Part shown: positions 61,463 through 64,000 of the stretch, one piece after another
How positions within the stretch are numbered: the first letter of the stretch is position 1
Layout: each line of letters opens with the position of its first letter
From: Ginglymostoma cirratum
Taxonomy: Eukaryota
Reading direction: 5' to 3'
Assembly: GCA_024137785.1 (NCBI GenBank)
Contig: JAHRHZ010000102.1
Span: 5,882,000-5,945,999 of the forward strand
Length of the DNA stretch: 64,000 nt
Notes under the pieces: generated by a model
The model's database searches: none
What the model was told of the DNA's origin: nothing
Seen by the model: only the letters and a program-made list of their open reading frames with translations
Translations under genes and position numbers: made by a program

Positions 61463-62189
61463 GACACTCACTGAATGTTTCCAATTATACCTTATCGGTT
61501 GGCAAATCGGCTGTGAACTGGGATTATATGATTCTCTTCACAAGTGGTTCCTGACTTTTTGAGGAAATTACTGAACTACGAAGTTCTAAACTGGACAGAT
61601 TACTGCTGTACATATTTTCAACATTTTCCTACAGTGCTCCCTGAGCCTTTGATTTTCCAGCCTGTAAAAATCTGTCAATCACGTTCTTGCCAGGTTGCAC
61701 AGTTTGGACTGTAGGGTGAAGCTGAATATGTCTGGCGAAATCTCCCTGCAGCGTCGGAGGATGAGAACTTAGAGTAGTTTTTAAAGTCATGAGGAATATG
61801 AACAGGGTGAATGGTCGAGGTCTTTTCTCACCGGCTGGGCGAGTCCAAAACTACAGGACATATATTTAAGGTGAGAGGGGAAAAATGAAATGGGAGCTGA
61901 GGGGCATTTTTTCACGCAGAAGGTGGTGCATGTATGGAATGAACTGACGGAGGAAGTTGTGGAAGCGGGTGAAGTGACAACATTTCAAAGGCATCTGGAT
62001 GCGTGCATGAATCGGAAGGGTTTAGAGGGATAAGGACCAAATGCTGGCAAAAGTGGTTAAATTAATTTCAGATATCTGGCCGACATCGACGAGGTGCACC
62101 GAAGTGTCTGTTTTTGCGCTGTCCATCCTGACGACGCTACAGTTGGTAACCTCGAGTTTAATCATTTGTTTGCATGCACCCTGGAGCTG

Positions 62190-62241
62190 GTCGCTGTGGC
62201 TATTAACTAAAAGGTTGGTGGTTCGAACCCACCCAGAAACG
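62190..62241 (+). pseudogene. tRNA-Asn pseudogene with D-arm deletion (mirror of 40242)
   Basis: GTCGCTGTGGC/TATTAACTAAAAGGTTGGTGGTTCGAACCCACCCAGAAACG. Confidence 0.75.
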
Positions 62242-64000
62242 AAAGGGCTACTTTTTCTTTTAACGCCGATGACCATTCTCCGCGACACATTCTCAGTGAG
62301 AATTTTGGCTGCAAGAAGGTAACCGTGTTAGCTCCGCAGGTATTGAGCGAATCCCTAAAGAGACAGCTCTTCACGCACAACCGAAGCAAAAATGAAAAGG
62401 CGAATGAAATTGCAGACACAGCAAAGCAGGAATGCTGCCTGTAAGAAACCTCGACTTCTCTGCGTCACGAACCACTCACACAAGTGCCAGCGGGGCAATT
62501 CCAAACTGCCCTTCCAATTATACTGGGAGTTTAGTCCAATGCCACTTTCCGGAAAGTGCTCCAATAAGGGAAAAACAGAACAGAATTAGAATGACCCATG
62601 AAAAGTGTCGATTAGCAATCACAGTCTCAAAGAGGCTGGGTTTGCCTTCTGATCAACAATGCGGGTATGCCTGCACGGCAACGATTGCAGCGGATCGAGA
62701 AGGCGGCTCATCAGTTCCCTTCTCCAGGACAGAAATGAAGGAAATGAGAGAAAATTAACAATACTTCACATCAAAATACTCTCCTTTTCGCCACAATAGC
62801 AAATAACTGTGATTAGAATTCATGCAGGATTTGATTTCACAGCAGCAGTGGTACAGCAATCTCTATTCGCTCTCAGTGAAAAGGATGAACAACGTAAATT
62901 GCCTGGAACATGAAGCAGCGCAGCCTGCTTTTCCCGATATCATGCTGGGGGCATTCCATGCCACTGCACCATGGAAACATGGCCTGGACACCGGCCTGAT
63001 GGAGGATCTGTGCTGTCCCACATCAAAGATCAGTTTGCGAGCAGCAAACATGTTTGGTTGTGTTCAACATAAACGCAACTCATCCCGACTATGCTTCCGC
63101 ACGACCGACGCCTCCTCTGAGACTGCAACCTCAATCCAGCGCCTAAGACCATGATGAGCTGTTATCTCAGAAATGACATCTTCTGATGTTCCTACTGCAT
63201 CACAACAACAGCGGAGGCACAGGGAAAGGCTTCGAGGATCCCTATCCGGCTCGTACATTTTCTTAACTATTCAGGCATGCCCGGCTACAATATCAATTTC
63301 CCACCAGATGCTGATAGCCCATCCATCAAAACAAACAACAATGCAAAGCTGAATCTACCTCGTGAGGCTTGGTCGAGCAACAAATGCAATGCACCTGTGA
63401 GAAACTGTATTTGGTTCTGCTTCGGTAAAGAAACTATGAACTGTACAACATTTCTGGAACTCAGATTTTCACTTTGGAGAATGATTTCGCTCATTGCTCC
63501 GAACAGAACAGCTGTCGCATTTACAAGTATTATTAAGAAATAAAGAAAATAAAGCCCTTTGATCACATTTGAACATGTATTAAAATATGCACCATTCCAA
63601 AAGTTTACAAAGTGCACAAGATTGGAAACTGTGGAAGAAGATAATGAGCACTGGGCACATTCTTGTAACTAATATACTGGAAAAACAGGAAGATCAGTAC
63701 AGTCTGTCATTTGTGCAGCCATCTGTAAGCTTATCAGTTTCTTTCTTACATTCCCAATCCTTGCTTTCCATTTAAAGCTTGGATTCACCATCAGTCTGAA
63801 TTTTCACCAGGCAGCTAATTAATCTGATAACTCTACAGGCAGAGGGATGTCGAGTTAAATTCGGGACAGAAGCAGGCAGCGAATCCGAGAGTGGGCAAAT
63901 TGACACCAAGTATGACAACCAGAAAAAAAACCAAATAATTAGAATGGATAAGCTTGATGCATTGAACAAGATGCAGGAGCCACAATAAATCATATGTTCC

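Larger units (their letters stand above)
38987..63526. repeat. Giant inverted segmental duplication: left arm ~38987-50556, spacer ~50557-52182, right arm ~52183-63526
   Basis: Every marker is mirrored: Asn, Ile, CR1, Arg, PLE, Glu, Thr, Glu, iMet, Pro, SINE, His, iMet; mirrored ORF translations such as 46702+ and 56032-. Confidence 0.95.

Noticed and set aside
38987-63526. Giant inverted repeat as a fold-back read artefact
   Set aside because: Arms have many substitutions, indels and an arm-specific TE with TSD, unlike a chimeric read.

Overview
Eukaryotic, repeat-rich DNA, most likely from a cartilaginous fish (shark). This is inferred from HE1/SacSINE-like SINEs, CR1 LINEs, several Penelope-like element (PLE) families with hammerhead motifs, and a GPR139-like exon. 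I see no intact cellular protein-coding gene. The window is a decayed tRNA-gene cluster with about 45-50 tRNA-derived sequences (Lys, Ser, Asn, His, Pro, Glu, Leu, Val, Thr, Ile, Arg, iMet), nearly all carrying lesions. It is built from segmental duplications: ~2.4-2.8 kb tandem Leu-Val-Val units and a ~24.5 kb inverted repeat (arms ~38987-50556 and ~52183-63526). Main points: (1) within the inverted repeat, tRNA genes apparently alive at duplication diverged far faster than their flanks or already-dead tRNAs; (2) three tRNA-Pro paralogs carry a canonical 37/38 intron; (3) very short PLE-tail insertions, most with a hammerhead, have target-site duplications and three have matching empty sites; (4) a nearly intact Leu-bodied tRNA has a TCG anticodon. 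All identities and counts are by eye and need computational confirmation.
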